Virus record (IMG/VR): IMGVR_UViG_3300032282_004772 | DNA length: 64,000 bases | Strand: one strand, 5' to 3' | Origin: a virus | Shown: positions 37,804 to 47,758 of the stretch, in pieces | Layout of the letters: every line of letters begins with the position of its first letter | Position numbering within the stretch: the first letter of the stretch is position 1 | Notes under the pieces: generated by a model | Told to the model about the DNA's origin: nothing | The model's input: the letters and a program-made list of their open reading frames with translations, nothing else | Database searches by the model: none | Program-made: the position numbers and the translations under genes

Positions 37804-38427
37804 ATGACACATATTAAAAATTTAATTAGAGATATCTTACGTGAAGAAACTTCTAAAAACATGTTATTAAATAAAAAAGTTGATGTTTCAGAATCATTAA
37901 AATACCATTTGGATAATGGTTTATCACTAACTGAAAATATTTTCAGGATATACTCAAAATCATATTTTAACTTAGTAAATGAAGTAAGAGAATTATATCA
38001 AAATGGTTTAATATCCTTAAATGATGATGATAAAGCTCTTGTTGAGTCTGATTTGGGTAGAACCGCAGAATTATCAGATGGGACTATAGTTTATTTAGAC
38101 GCTCCAATATATGAACAAGACCAAGATGAATTGATGCTTGAGGCAAAACATCATGGTAAAAATGTAAAGTTAAATAGTCCCTTTAGAACACCAGGAGGTC
38201 CTAAAAAATTTGCAGTATATGTTAAAACTCCAAGAGGTAGTATTAAAAAAGTCACATTTGGTGACCCAAATCTTAGAGTTAGAAACGCAAATAAAGCCAG
38301 AGCTAAATCATTCCGAGCTCGTCACAAATGTGACCAAAAAACCGATAGGACCACCGCAGGATATTGGAGTTGTAATGTTGCAAGATATGCTAAAAAGTTA
38401 GGACTTAAATCTTCAAGAACTTGGTAA
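37804..38427 (+). CDS. Phage hypothetical protein with a basic C-terminal domain
   Basis: KKVTFGDPN..KSFRARHKC..AGYWSC motif. Confidence 0.7.
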   Translation: MTHIKNLIRDILREETSKNMLLNKKVDVSESLKYHLDNGLSLTENIFRIYSKSYFNLVNEVRELYQNGLISLNDDDKALVESDLGRTAELSDGTIVYLDAPIYEQDQDELMLEAKHHGKNVKLNSPFRTPGGPKKFAVYVKTPRGSIKKVTFGDPNLRVRNANKARAKSFRARHKCDQKTDRTTAGYWSCNVARYAKKLGLKSSRTW

Positions 38428-38979
38428 ATGAGATTAAAGAAATTTATTAATTTATATTTAGAAAAAATAACAAACCCAAAACTTTTAGAATTTGGTATAA
38501 ATGATGTGTACGTTAAAGGATTATTACACCCTGGTAATAAATTAGGTGCGGTTTTTATTTTTACAGAACCAAACGCTCCTGAATATTACGAAAATTATAA
38601 AAAGATTAAAAAAATTATTGAGTTGGATGTTTGGGATTCAATATCTCTTTTTAGTGAATCTCCCGAAGATTGGGCGATTTATTTAAATAAATTACCTTTA
38701 AAACCATTAGACGAATCACTCCCTTTTAAAGAAGTAATTAATCATAATGAAAGAATTAGGACTTTTTTAGAATCAACTAATGACGAAGAATTTAAATGGC
38801 ATCAAGACAATGAAGATAGATTAGTTTCGACAATACATGAAACAGATTGGATGATTCAATTAGATGATGAATTACCAATAAAATTAGAAGTAGGTAAACA
38901 AATATTAATACCTGAAGGCGTTTGGCATAGAATTATAAAAGGTACTGGAGATTTACAGGTAAAAGTTGTTTTTATATAA
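38428..38979 (+). CDS. Protein with a C-terminal cupin-like domain
   Basis: WHQDNEDR...IPEGVWHRIIKG. Confidence 0.6.
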   Translation: MRLKKFINLYLEKITNPKLLEFGINDVYVKGLLHPGNKLGAVFIFTEPNAPEYYENYKKIKKIIELDVWDSISLFSESPEDWAIYLNKLPLKPLDESLPFKEVINHNERIRTFLESTNDEEFKWHQDNEDRLVSTIHETDWMIQLDDELPIKLEVGKQILIPEGVWHRIIKGTGDLQVKVVFI

Positions 38980-38985
38980 AATCGC

Positions 38986-39150
38986 CTATTCTTTTTTGTT
39001 ATTAAAAAATTCCACAATAACGCCAAAAAAAGACATCAATAAGATTATCGATAAAATAATACTCATTGTAATTGGGAATGATACCCAAAATGCGATTGCC
39101 GACATTATTAATAACATTATTACAATGATGTTTTGAATTTTATTTTTCAT
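38986..39150 (-). CDS. Small two-TM protein (54 aa)
   Basis: Manual translation MKNKIQNIIVIMLLIMSAIAFWVSFPITMSIILSIILLMSFFGVIVEFFNNKKE. Confidence 0.55.
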   Translation of the reverse strand: MKNKIQNIIVIMLLIMSAIAFWVSFPITMSIILSIILLMSFFGVIVEFFNNKKE

Positions 39151-39152
39151 GT

Positions 39153-40085
39153 TTACGCTATATTAGTTGTATTAATATCATATGTTGGTTGGTTCGGAGA
39201 TTCTTCAACCATCGGAGCAGGGTCAGTTAGTCTAATCATACGAACAGGTTCGTCTAACATAATTTTATCTCTTTCCGATTGTTCCCAAATAAATTGTTTT
39301 CTTTTTTCTTCTTCGCTAACTAACTCCCAATTTGTTTGTAAACAATTATTAAATTCTTTTCGAATCACATTTAATGCAATTTCATCTAAACCACTCTCCA
39401 TGGAATCAATTCTATTATCAATCACATCCCAAAATGAGATTTCTTTTTTCTCATATGATATATCTAAGTTTTTAAACGCAGCGACTTTGTTACCCGTTAA
39501 TTTATTTATAGTATAAATAATAATACCTCTTTTTGAATAATTATAAAATTGTTCCGGGGTATGTTTTGATGCGGTACACCATCTCGTATTTGCACCATAT
39601 TTTCTAGAAGATTCAAGAGACAAAGGTTTTAGTATTAACCACTCATTATTCTCAAATAATTTAATAACTTGATTTTCAATTTCTTTACCCATTAATTTAA
39701 TTTCAGATAAAGAAATTTGTGAAATAACATCATCAAAATCTTTATATGTCGTTAAATCATTTTTTTCTATTAATTTTCTTTCGTTGAGTTCAATAAACTT
39801 AACAAATGTATCTAAATTGTTTTCTCCAACAAAATCAACAATACTCCTGTGCAAATGTAATAAATCCAAAGTACTTAATTCTTGTAAAAACTCTTCATCA
39901 AAATATCTTGTTAGGTCGGCAATAAGATGAAATCTGTGATTTTCATCATAGTTGGACAGTTTGTTTTTTGCTAAATTAATTATTAATTCGGTATATTTTG
40001 ATTTTTTTGTCAAAAGATTAAAAATATCAATCAAGCTCATTGATAGTATTTCATTTTGTTTTTTTAATTCAGTTATTCTTGACAT
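39153..40085 (-). CDS. Hypothetical protein with a YGANTRWCT domain
   Basis: Similar motif (P-L...WCT) in ORF 51754-53583. Confidence 0.65.
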   Translation of the reverse strand: MSRITELKKQNEILSMSLIDIFNLLTKKSKYTELIINLAKNKLSNYDENHRFHLIADLTRYFDEEFLQELSTLDLLHLHRSIVDFVGENNLDTFVKFIELNERKLIEKNDLTTYKDFDDVISQISLSEIKLMGKEIENQVIKLFENNEWLILKPLSLESSRKYGANTRWCTASKHTPEQFYNYSKRGIIIYTINKLTGNKVAAFKNLDISYEKKEISFWDVIDNRIDSMESGLDEIALNVIRKEFNNCLQTNWELVSEEEKRKQFIWEQSERDKIMLDEPVRMIRLTDPAPMVEESPNQPTYDINTTNIA

Positions 40086-40090
40086 AAAAT

Positions 40091-41122
40091 TTATTTATTA
40101 AATCTGTTTAATGCGTTTTGTGTTATGAATATAAAATTTGATTCTTTAAATTGTTGTAGATTATATGAGTTTGTATATGACATTGCCGATTTTAAATAAT
40201 CAACAAAATTATCCGACCATTGATTTAAAGTATACTCAATTTTATTTAGTTTGGAAATACCCTCGGACGTTTTTAATTTACCTTTTTTCCATTTTTTTTG
40301 AACTTCTTTTGTACTCATTCCTCTGAATGATTTGTACATATGTTTTCTAATTTTTGGATAGTTATCCCAAATATAGTTAGATGTATTTTCAGATAATGTT
40401 ATTTTTTTAAACAACTTTGTTTCTCCACAAGATTCTAAAGTTTTATTTAAGATACCCCCCAACATTACGTAATCCGCCCCCAACATTATTGCCTTAATAA
40501 CATCATCATAGTTTTTAAATCCCCCATCCGCAACAATGTTTGTTTTATATCCGTTAGATTGTTTTATCAAGTAACATTCGTGAATTAGAGATGCCATAGG
40601 ATAATGAACTCCAATATTTGCAGAAGTCAAACATCCACTACCCCCTCCAATACCTACTCGAATATAATCAACTCCAATATTAGCAAACAATTGATATGTT
40701 TTAGGATTTGCAATATTCCCAATCATTAGTACATGTTTTTCAGAATGCCTATTCTTATAAAAAGAATCTACAAGGTCATACAATCTCTTCATATGGCCAT
40801 TTGCAATGTCAATCAAAATTTTGATATTTAAATCTTCATTATGAATCGTCTTGTATATTTCGAGATACTCCTCAAATTCGTCTAATGACATTGATGAAAA
40901 AACATCATCATCATTAGTTATTACACCTCTAGGTGTGCAAACAACATATCCCGCATCTTTGAATTTTTTATAGTTGTTTTCACTAACCACGGTGTCCATT
41001 GGAGATACCATCAAGGGTAAGTTTCCTTCTTCATTGAAAGGGTTTACCATATGTCTATGGGAAATATCACTCAATGGTTCGGGCACAATAGTAATGTCTT
41101 TAAAATCGAATTTTTTTTCCAT
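40091..41122 (-). CDS. IMP dehydrogenase / GMP reductase family protein
   Basis: SPMDTV, IDIANGH, RVGIGGGSGCLT, ADGG, MLGG and FRGMS motifs; no CBS domains. Confidence 0.85.
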   Translation of the reverse strand: MEKKFDFKDITIVPEPLSDISHRHMVNPFNEEGNLPLMVSPMDTVVSENNYKKFKDAGYVVCTPRGVITNDDDVFSSMSLDEFEEYLEIYKTIHNEDLNIKILIDIANGHMKRLYDLVDSFYKNRHSEKHVLMIGNIANPKTYQLFANIGVDYIRVGIGGGSGCLTSANIGVHYPMASLIHECYLIKQSNGYKTNIVADGGFKNYDDVIKAIMLGADYVMLGGILNKTLESCGETKLFKKITLSENTSNYIWDNYPKIRKHMYKSFRGMSTKEVQKKWKKGKLKTSEGISKLNKIEYTLNQWSDNFVDYLKSAMSYTNSYNLQQFKESNFIFITQNALNRFNK

Positions 41123-41125
41123 GAT

Positions 41126-41650
41126 TTAAATTAGCGTATATGAATATTCTTTAGTGTTATAATCACCGTACTCTTTATATGTGTTTAGAGAAAAATCTTC
41201 GTAAGTTATGTCTGAAATTACTTGAACTTTTCCTCCAATATCTGTAACAATTACTGATAACTTTTCTTCTTCAAACTCTCCTTCAAGTTCAATAGCATAA
41301 TCATAAAAAAACCCTTTTGATTTTCCATCTACAATTAATGTGTTTTTTGAATTACACATTAATTCAATACATTCTTCAGGAATATTCCAATTATTTGGAC
41401 TTCTCCATATTTTTTTACCATTTTCGTCCTTCACTGTTATTGTGAAACTGTTGGTGGTTGTATGTGGTCCAACATAAAAATGACCACAATCGTATAAGGA
41501 ATCTTCCTCTACTAAATCCAAGATATCATCAACATCTAAGGTATTGATGTCTTTGTTCATATTAGTTAATTTTTCTCGTTGGTTATCAGTAATGTCAAAA
41601 ACAAAACATTCTGAGCCATTTCCGCTAACTTCGATAAAGTACTTACGCAT
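41126..41650 (-). CDS. Hypothetical protein
   Basis: 174-aa ORF. Confidence 0.65.
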   Translation of the reverse strand: MRKYFIEVSGNGSECFVFDITDNQREKLTNMNKDINTLDVDDILDLVEEDSLYDCGHFYVGPHTTTNSFTITVKDENGKKIWRSPNNWNIPEECIELMCNSKNTLIVDGKSKGFFYDYAIELEGEFEEEKLSVIVTDIGGKVQVISDITYEDFSLNTYKEYGDYNTKEYSYTLI

Positions 41651-41923
41651 TTTTATTTAATTTAAATAGTTTTTCCAAAGAGTTTCTAATTTTGTTTTGG
41701 GGTTAAAATGTCGGTCTATTGTGAGATGTTCTATTTAGGAAGAAAAAATAAAACTATCTTTCAATAATTGAAATATCTTCTCTAAGTTTTTCTTTAAACT
41801 CTTTTCTAATATCATTGGCATAGAGTGTAAGGTCACACTTTCTTTTGAGTTTTTGGAATAATTTTTCATCTAATAGTACTTTATAAAGTGAATTAATAAT
41901 TTAATTATAGTAAACTATTTATA

Positions 41924-42017
41924 ATAAAACAAGCCACCCCAATATGGGGACGTTTAGGACCGTTCCAGTTATGGGACACAGAATAGGGGAATTCGCTACT
42001 CCCCTTTTCTTTTTTTT
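41924..42017 (+). ncRNA. Candidate small RNA (~90 nt)
   Basis: TATTTATA at 41916-41923; hairpins CCCC-AATAT-GGGG and TTCCA-GTTA-TGGGA; terminator AGGGGA...TCCCCT with a U tract. Confidence 0.5.
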
Positions 42018-42182
42018 AGAAGAATATTCCCCATACTTTTAAAAATATCCATTTTGCAATGTAGAAACAACACATCATTGTTACAATGGAAAGTCCTACT
42101 ATTAGACCTATGACGCTTAACCCAAGCGTAGTCAAACCGATTTTCATTAATGTTGAATTCATACCGCTAAGATATGAAAAAA

Positions 42183-42599
42183 TTATGTTTCGACCAAATT
42201 ATTTTCGTCAATAAGTTTACTAACTCTATTTTTTCCTTTCTCTCCAATAGGTATTGGATTTCCTTCTTCATCAATATGAACAAATCTAATATGTGTTTTT
42301 AAAATCAAAGTTTGATTCCCTGTATATACATTATGGGCTCTTGCCTCCATATAAATTGTGATAGAAGTTGTTCCAATTTTACTTGGAGTTCCGTATATTT
42401 TTAAAATTTGCCCTTCTTTTGCGGGTTTTTCAAAATGACATTTATCTATTGAGACGGTAACCATTCTTGGGGAATCACAAAGTTGCATAGCATATCCCGC
42501 GGCCGCAGAATCTATAAACTTTAATAAAGTTCCTCCAAATAAATTACCATGAAATCCCAAATCGGATTTTTTAATCGGATGAGTAGAAATTAGTTCCAT
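42183..42599 (-). CDS. Acyl-CoA thioesterase (hotdog fold, YciA-like)
   Basis: DLGFHGNLFGGTLLKFIDSAA, MVTVSID and GTTS motifs. Confidence 0.85.
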   Translation of the reverse strand: MELISTHPIKKSDLGFHGNLFGGTLLKFIDSAAAGYAMQLCDSPRMVTVSIDKCHFEKPAKEGQILKIYGTPSKIGTTSITIYMEARAHNVYTGNQTLILKTHIRFVHIDEEGNPIPIGEKGKNRVSKLIDENNLVET

Positions 42600-42637
42600 A
42601 TAAAAAAGATAACAAAAAAAACCTAATAGTGAAAGTA

Positions 42638-43933
42638 TCACTTATTAATTAAATCAACAAATCGATTAAATCCATCATTTGTTTTATGTAGTTGATATAA
42701 TTTTGCACTAGGGTTTACATTATAAAAAATAGAAAGTCTTGGTCTTTTTGCATACCCAATTGTGTTCCAATAAAATACAATATCCTCTTTCCTTACAAAT
42801 ATGTTGTCTTTAAATATCATTCCTGACATGTCTTTTATAAGATGATTTATAATATTTTTACCATCACCTTTATTCATAGTATGATATAAATTCATAACCA
42901 TGGCTTCCAAAAAGAGTTTTAAAGTTTCTGAAGGATTTACAACATTGGGTATTTTTGATATTGCGTCTAATAATAAGTTATAATTTTTATCAGTACTATC
43001 TATTTTAAAAAACTCGGATATAAAGTCAGGTGTTTTATATAGTTTGTGTTTAACTTCAACGTATGAATTGACACTTCCAATATAATTTACTTTTTTTGTT
43101 GCTCTATCTTCATAAACTAAAGCTTCTTTTAATTTTAAGTCCGCCTTTATATTATCTTCAGAATAATTAAAATATATGTCAAAATTTAAATTTAACATTA
43201 CGTTTTTTATGAAATCATTGGCGGAAGAATAAAACTTTGCCTTTGACATTGTTTGTATCAGATACAATACTTTTGATATATCAGATTTTTGTGAATTAAA
43301 TTCATCTTTAGATATTGTCATCTTGTTATAGATAAAATCACTAGCCAATGACACTGATATTTCAGGTATTGTTTGGTGAACTAAAAATGGACTAAGAGGA
43401 CCTTCGGCAAAAGATTTTTGATATTCATCATAAACCTTTTTAGTTTCTCTATAAAAAGAATCTAAGTCAATAGGAGCAACCCCTGTCAAAATACTTATTA
43501 ACTTTTTTTTGTATTTTTCTTCAAATCTCTTGTCTTCAAAAATAGAAATAATTTGTTCTATTTGTTCTTTTGCGACATTAATATCTTTTTTAACTAAATT
43601 ATCTATTATTTGGGATAGTTTTTTTAATGAAAATGACCCCTTTTTGTAGATGGAAATTAGTTCCGCAATCTTTATAAAATATTTTTCAAAGACATCTTTA
43701 TCTTCTAACTTTTCAATGTCAGATAATAAACCTGAAATATCTTTTCCTAATTTTCTAGATTTGCTGGTTTCAGAGTGCTGATAACCAATAGTTTTTACTT
43801 TATTTTTAAAATCTTTTAAAGAATCCACACTAGAAAGATTAACATCTTGGTCTAATCTAATTTCAGAATCATCTTCAAATAGTAATTTTGAGAGTATGTT
43901 TTTATATTGTTCTAGTGTTAAAACTAATTTCAT
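42638..43933 (-). CDS. Hypothetical protein
   Basis: 431 aa with a MKLVLTLEQY leader. Confidence 0.7.
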   Translation of the reverse strand: MKLVLTLEQYKNILSKLLFEDDSEIRLDQDVNLSSVDSLKDFKNKVKTIGYQHSETSKSRKLGKDISGLLSDIEKLEDKDVFEKYFIKIAELISIYKKGSFSLKKLSQIIDNLVKKDINVAKEQIEQIISIFEDKRFEEKYKKKLISILTGVAPIDLDSFYRETKKVYDEYQKSFAEGPLSPFLVHQTIPEISVSLASDFIYNKMTISKDEFNSQKSDISKVLYLIQTMSKAKFYSSANDFIKNVMLNLNFDIYFNYSEDNIKADLKLKEALVYEDRATKKVNYIGSVNSYVEVKHKLYKTPDFISEFFKIDSTDKNYNLLLDAISKIPNVVNPSETLKLFLEAMVMNLYHTMNKGDGKNIINHLIKDMSGMIFKDNIFVRKEDIVFYWNTIGYAKRPRLSIFYNVNPSAKLYQLHKTNDGFNRFVDLINK

Positions 43934-43987
43934 TATTTAATTATAACCCATATCTAATTAAAGGTTTTATATAAATATACTGAAAAT

Positions 43988-44277
43988 AAAAAAGGGAAGC
44001 CGTCGCTTCCCTTTAAACACCCCGTCAGGGCTTTTGTACCATACTTTAAGGATTGGCTAGGTGTACCGTAGAGTGGGACTTCCTCTCGTTTTTTTTTAGA
44101 TAAAACGTCCAAAATCTAGGTCTGTTTACAGTTATCAAAGGTGACTGTGGGATACCAATACCCATAAAACCTTCCAAATTTATTATTTGTTTGATTCGTT
44201 ATTTAAAGAGGGGGAACAATTTCAGACGAATAATTGGTAACGCCTACTAAACAACCCTCTGTCCTTCTTTCTTTCTA
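43988..44277 (-). ncRNA. Candidate ~290-nt structured ncRNA
   Basis: Promoter TTTG-N20-TAAATTTG (44314-44283), terminator at 43991-44014, multiple hairpins, no long ORF. Confidence 0.45.
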
Positions 44278-44335
44278 CTCTACAAATTTAAGAAACTTTT
44301 TTTGTTTCGTCAAATCTTTTTTAAACTTTTTTTTG

Positions 44336-44409
44336 TGGTTGGGACCGGAATCGAACCAATGACTCACCGTTCTTCAAACGGACGCTCTACCTTCTGAGCT
44401 ACCTCAACC
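44336..44409 (-). tRNA. tRNA-Phe(GAA), atypical (bulged acceptor stem)
   Basis: GGTTG(A)GG/CCCAACC acceptor, CCGT-TTGAAGA-ACGG anticodon arm, own TATATTTG promoter. Confidence 0.7.
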
Positions 44410-44467
44410 ATTATTCTATACAAATATAAGATTTATTTTTATTACAGTCAAAAAAAAAGGAAGATTT

Positions 44468-44620
44468 TCATCTTCCTTGTCCTTTATATTTTTTTCTATA
44501 GTTTTTACTACGTTTTGAAGTCGAGTTTTTCTTTTTTGATATTACACCCGGTCTTTTTCTTTTTCGTCCAAACGATACTTTTTTGTTTTGGCTTATTGAG
44601 CCACCTTTTGTTTTTGCCAT
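44468..44620 (-). CDS. Small highly basic protein (50 aa, ends YKGQGR)
   Basis: Manual translation MAKTKGGSISQNKKVSFGRKRKRPGVISKKKNSTSKRSKNYRKKYKGQGR. Confidence 0.7.
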   Translation of the reverse strand: MAKTKGGSISQNKKVSFGRKRKRPGVISKKKNSTSKRSKNYRKKYKGQGR

Positions 44621-44668
44621 TATTTTAGGTTATTTAAAATTTTATTAAATTGGTGTTAGTGTTGGTGT

Positions 44669-45004
44669 TTAAGTAGGAGTTGCAGTAGGAGTTGCAGTAG
44701 GGGTTTCAGTAGGGGTTTCAGTAGGGGTTGGAGTTGCTGAAGATGGGGTTGCGGTTGGGGTTACAGGTGCGATTGTTGTTGTAGTGGTAGTTCCAGTTGG
44801 GGGGAAAAATACCGTAATTTCAGAAATATTGGGATTCGGTGTATCAATAACCAAAGAGCCTTCAGAATGCCAAATTCTTTTAGTTTGTTGAGGTAAAAGA
44901 GGTACTTCATCAAAGTACATACCATCAGATAATCTTCTGTAATTGAAATATATTACAGTATTTCCATTATTAGTAAGTGTTGTTTTAAATCCTTGTGTTG
45001 CCAT
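44669..45004 (-). CDS. Hypothetical protein with a Pro/Thr-repeat tail
   Basis: 111 aa with TPT repeats. Confidence 0.65.
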   Translation of the reverse strand: MATQGFKTTLTNNGNTVIYFNYRRLSDGMYFDEVPLLPQQTKRIWHSEGSLVIDTPNPNISEITVFFPPTGTTTTTTIAPVTPTATPSSATPTPTETPTETPTATPTATPT

Positions 45005-45009
45005 TTTTA

Positions 45010-46023
45010 TTATTCAAATTTAATATGTACATATTCCCCCAAAGGACCTGCGGCCTTTAAAATATAAGGAGCACTCGCCAATTCAGGAATTGCATTTTTT
45101 AGTTCATTATATGTATTAACCGCCTTGGCTTTACATAGTTGTAAATTACCTGTACCGTCATCGTTATTTCCTATTACCATATCATCATAATCTAAAACTT
45201 CAGACCATTTAGATTTGTTTGAATCATTATCAACATATCCTGCCGGCATTTTAGAAGTGGAGGAGTTTACAGTAAACTTATTTATTTTACCCCCATCTGA
45301 GATAAACTTTTTTATTGTATCGATAAAAGATGCCTGATGTACATTGTGTGGAATAGCACTATTTTCAGCAAAAAAATCACCAATATTATAAGTCTTTGGT
45401 AATTTTAACATGTTTTGTGAGATTCCAAAATCTTTCAATGATATTGGTTGTCCGTGCATTGCAACTTCTAACCTTATACCATATTCTTTTCCCATCTTAA
45501 ATGCCGACTGTTGGAAATATATTTTATTTCCCGGCTTTGCATCAATAACATTTATTTTACCTTCAACTCCGTCAGGGAATTCTGTTCCAACAACAAATCC
45601 ACCAAGAGTTGGTGCCATATATTTTTGTGAATAAAATATTATTGGCATCATACTACCAAAATTAACTATGGCTTCATTTTTTCCATATATGTGTTTACCA
45701 TAATTTATGGCGTTTTTCATTTTTGGGTCAAAATTAAGTCCTGAAAGTTCTGTTCCTTTAATATTTTCATCATCAACTTCTTGAGTTTTTTGTGTCCATT
45801 CTGCAGATATCTCTTTTGTTGATGGAAATTCTACTGACATATTTGGGCTAAGTTCTCCTGTTGATTTGTCGGCCAAACACATTCTACCATTATCAACATA
45901 AAAATAAAATCCACCAAGAGCAAAATATTCACCAGTGTGAGTCACCGGTTCTTCACTTTCAACGACAACTCGTTTTATAATTCTTCTTAAATCAGACTCG
46001 TTTAATTTTATAATTTTTTTCAT
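45010..46023 (-). CDS. Leader-motif protein with a possible OmpA-like C-terminal domain
   Basis: MKKIIKLNESDLRRIIKRVVVE leader; FFAENSA..SSTS..GNLQLCKAKA. Confidence 0.6.
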   Translation of the reverse strand: MKKIIKLNESDLRRIIKRVVVESEEPVTHTGEYFALGGFYFYVDNGRMCLADKSTGELSPNMSVEFPSTKEISAEWTQKTQEVDDENIKGTELSGLNFDPKMKNAINYGKHIYGKNEAIVNFGSMMPIIFYSQKYMAPTLGGFVVGTEFPDGVEGKINVIDAKPGNKIYFQQSAFKMGKEYGIRLEVAMHGQPISLKDFGISQNMLKLPKTYNIGDFFAENSAIPHNVHQASFIDTIKKFISDGGKINKFTVNSSTSKMPAGYVDNDSNKSKWSEVLDYDDMVIGNNDDGTGNLQLCKAKAVNTYNELKNAIPELASAPYILKAAGPLGEYVHIKFE

Positions 46024-46065
46024 ATTTAATATCTTAACTATAAATACACAGGTGATTATAAATGT

Positions 46066-46827
46066 TTAAAATAATTCGTCTTTTAGTTCTTTATTATTAA
46101 AAACATATCTTTTAACTAAAATACCGGCCATGGCATTTGCGTGATTTTCTGACCATCCTCCAACTTCTTTAGTTCTTGAGTTATCAGTAATTTTCATATA
46201 TTCGTGTTGATACTCATGGACCCACTCATGAGCGATTGTTCTTAAAACATCAATTAACATTCTATTTTTACATAATACTTTTATATGATGATGAGCTTCT
46301 CTTACTCCGGTTGTCATATCAAAATCTTTTTTATCTTGTAAATCAATTAAAACGTTTCCATTTAAAGTTAATTTTTTATTTATGAATTTTATAAAATCTT
46401 TAATAATTTCAAATTTTTTATTATCAAGTTTAGTCTTTTTATTAATTTTTAATTTCAATTTTTTTATATGTGATTCATTGACTGAGTCTTTTTTTATTGA
46501 CTTTATATTGTATGAGAAAAAATATGAAGTATCAGATAATAAAATATTTTTGGTAAAAGACGCAAAACTGTATATCATATTTACCATATTTTTCATATTT
46601 TTGTCTACTGTTTCGTCATAAGGTCTATAATCCATATTATAACCAATATCAAATGTTACTATGACCATACCAAAATTAGGGTTAGATAAACCATATGACT
46701 TAAATTCGACATTGGTGTCTAGTAATACCAGTAATTCCAAATTACAATTTTTCTTAATTAATTTTAGATAATTTTTAAAAGAGTTTGTAATTGTTTGAAT
46801 CTCTTCTTTGTTAATATTTTGTTCCAT
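46066..46827 (-). CDS. HExxH domain protein
   Basis: LRTIAHEWVHEYQ..ENHANAMAG. Confidence 0.6.
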   Translation of the reverse strand: MEQNINKEEIQTITNSFKNYLKLIKKNCNLELLVLLDTNVEFKSYGLSNPNFGMVIVTFDIGYNMDYRPYDETVDKNMKNMVNMIYSFASFTKNILLSDTSYFFSYNIKSIKKDSVNESHIKKLKLKINKKTKLDNKKFEIIKDFIKFINKKLTLNGNVLIDLQDKKDFDMTTGVREAHHHIKVLCKNRMLIDVLRTIAHEWVHEYQHEYMKITDNSRTKEVGGWSENHANAMAGILVKRYVFNNKELKDELF

Positions 46828-46855
46828 TATTAATAAATATAATATTTATTAATAT

Positions 46856-47440
46856 ATGGAAGAAAAAAAATATACTGAAGTAATAAATTTCATAAAAAAA
46901 CAAAATAGTGTTTTTGAAGCTGCAAAATATTTTGGAGGAATGGATGAACTAAAAAATTTAGCAAAATCAAATTCAGAATTAAAAAAACATATAGAGAACT
47001 CATTACGTGGGTATTTGACCCTAAAATACCAAAACATAACATATTCTTTTGATTTTGAAATTAATGCGGTTGATTTTGATAATGTAGAAGATGACGTAAC
47101 ATTTTTAAGCCCTACTCTTAATCTATTAATAAAGTCTAATTATTTAAGTGATTCAGGATATGAAGTGATTGCTAAATGGGTTAGTAGTTTTTGTGAGGAT
47201 GCGTCCGTTGATTACCATTTTAATGACATATTTTTATCAAAGTATAATCAGGTTTTAGGTTATGTTGATTCGGTTAATGGAAAAAAATTAGATTGGGGTA
47301 AAAGTCCGTTATATAAAGACATAGTAACAATAGAATATGATTCTATTGTGGTTGGATTGATAAAATCTTTAATTAAAGAACAAAGTGATAATATAAAAAT
47401 TTCATTATTAGAATTAAAAAATTTACTTCGTGAAATTTAG
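46856..47440 (+). CDS. Hypothetical protein
   Basis: 194-aa ORF. Confidence 0.65.
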   Translation: MEEKKYTEVINFIKKQNSVFEAAKYFGGMDELKNLAKSNSELKKHIENSLRGYLTLKYQNITYSFDFEINAVDFDNVEDDVTFLSPTLNLLIKSNYLSDSGYEVIAKWVSSFCEDASVDYHFNDIFLSKYNQVLGYVDSVNGKKLDWGKSPLYKDIVTIEYDSIVVGLIKSLIKEQSDNIKISLLELKNLLREI

Positions 47441-47674
47441 TACTTTTCTTTTTAGATTTACCAAACCTCTTTTAGATGCTGGAGACAATAAAAAATATAA
47501 CCCAAAGAAAAATCCCGAAAGGCAATAAAAAATTAAATCCGTAATCCAATAAGACCCTGTCCAATTCATAATCAAACGGAATAGAGCGTCGAACCCTAAA
47601 GGATTGAAAAATGTCGCCAGAATTAGAGACGCGACCGCTAATTTTCTTTTTATTTTTCTTTCTTTTACTATCAC
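47423..47674 (-). CDS. Small membrane protein
   Basis: GTG start; two hydrophobic segments. Confidence 0.5.
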   Translation of the reverse strand: MIVKERKIKRKLAVASLILATFFNPLGFDALFRLIMNWTGSYWITDLIFYCLSGFFFGLYFLLSPASKRGLVNLKRKVLNFTK

Positions 47675-47758
47675 TTTCCATGTTTGTTTATTTAGAAATT
47701 TATCTGTACAACAGTTTGTTTTACTATGAAAACTTATTTTACTATAATTATTTAAATT

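Noticed and set aside
44060-44090. GAGGAAGTCC resembling the RNase P RNA P4 motif
   Set aside because: It lies in the 3' third of the unit rather than near the 5' end, and I could not find the complementary 3' P4 strand.
30960-46827. Three HExxH proteins as one system
   Set aside because: They are dispersed, differ in context and share only a short common motif.
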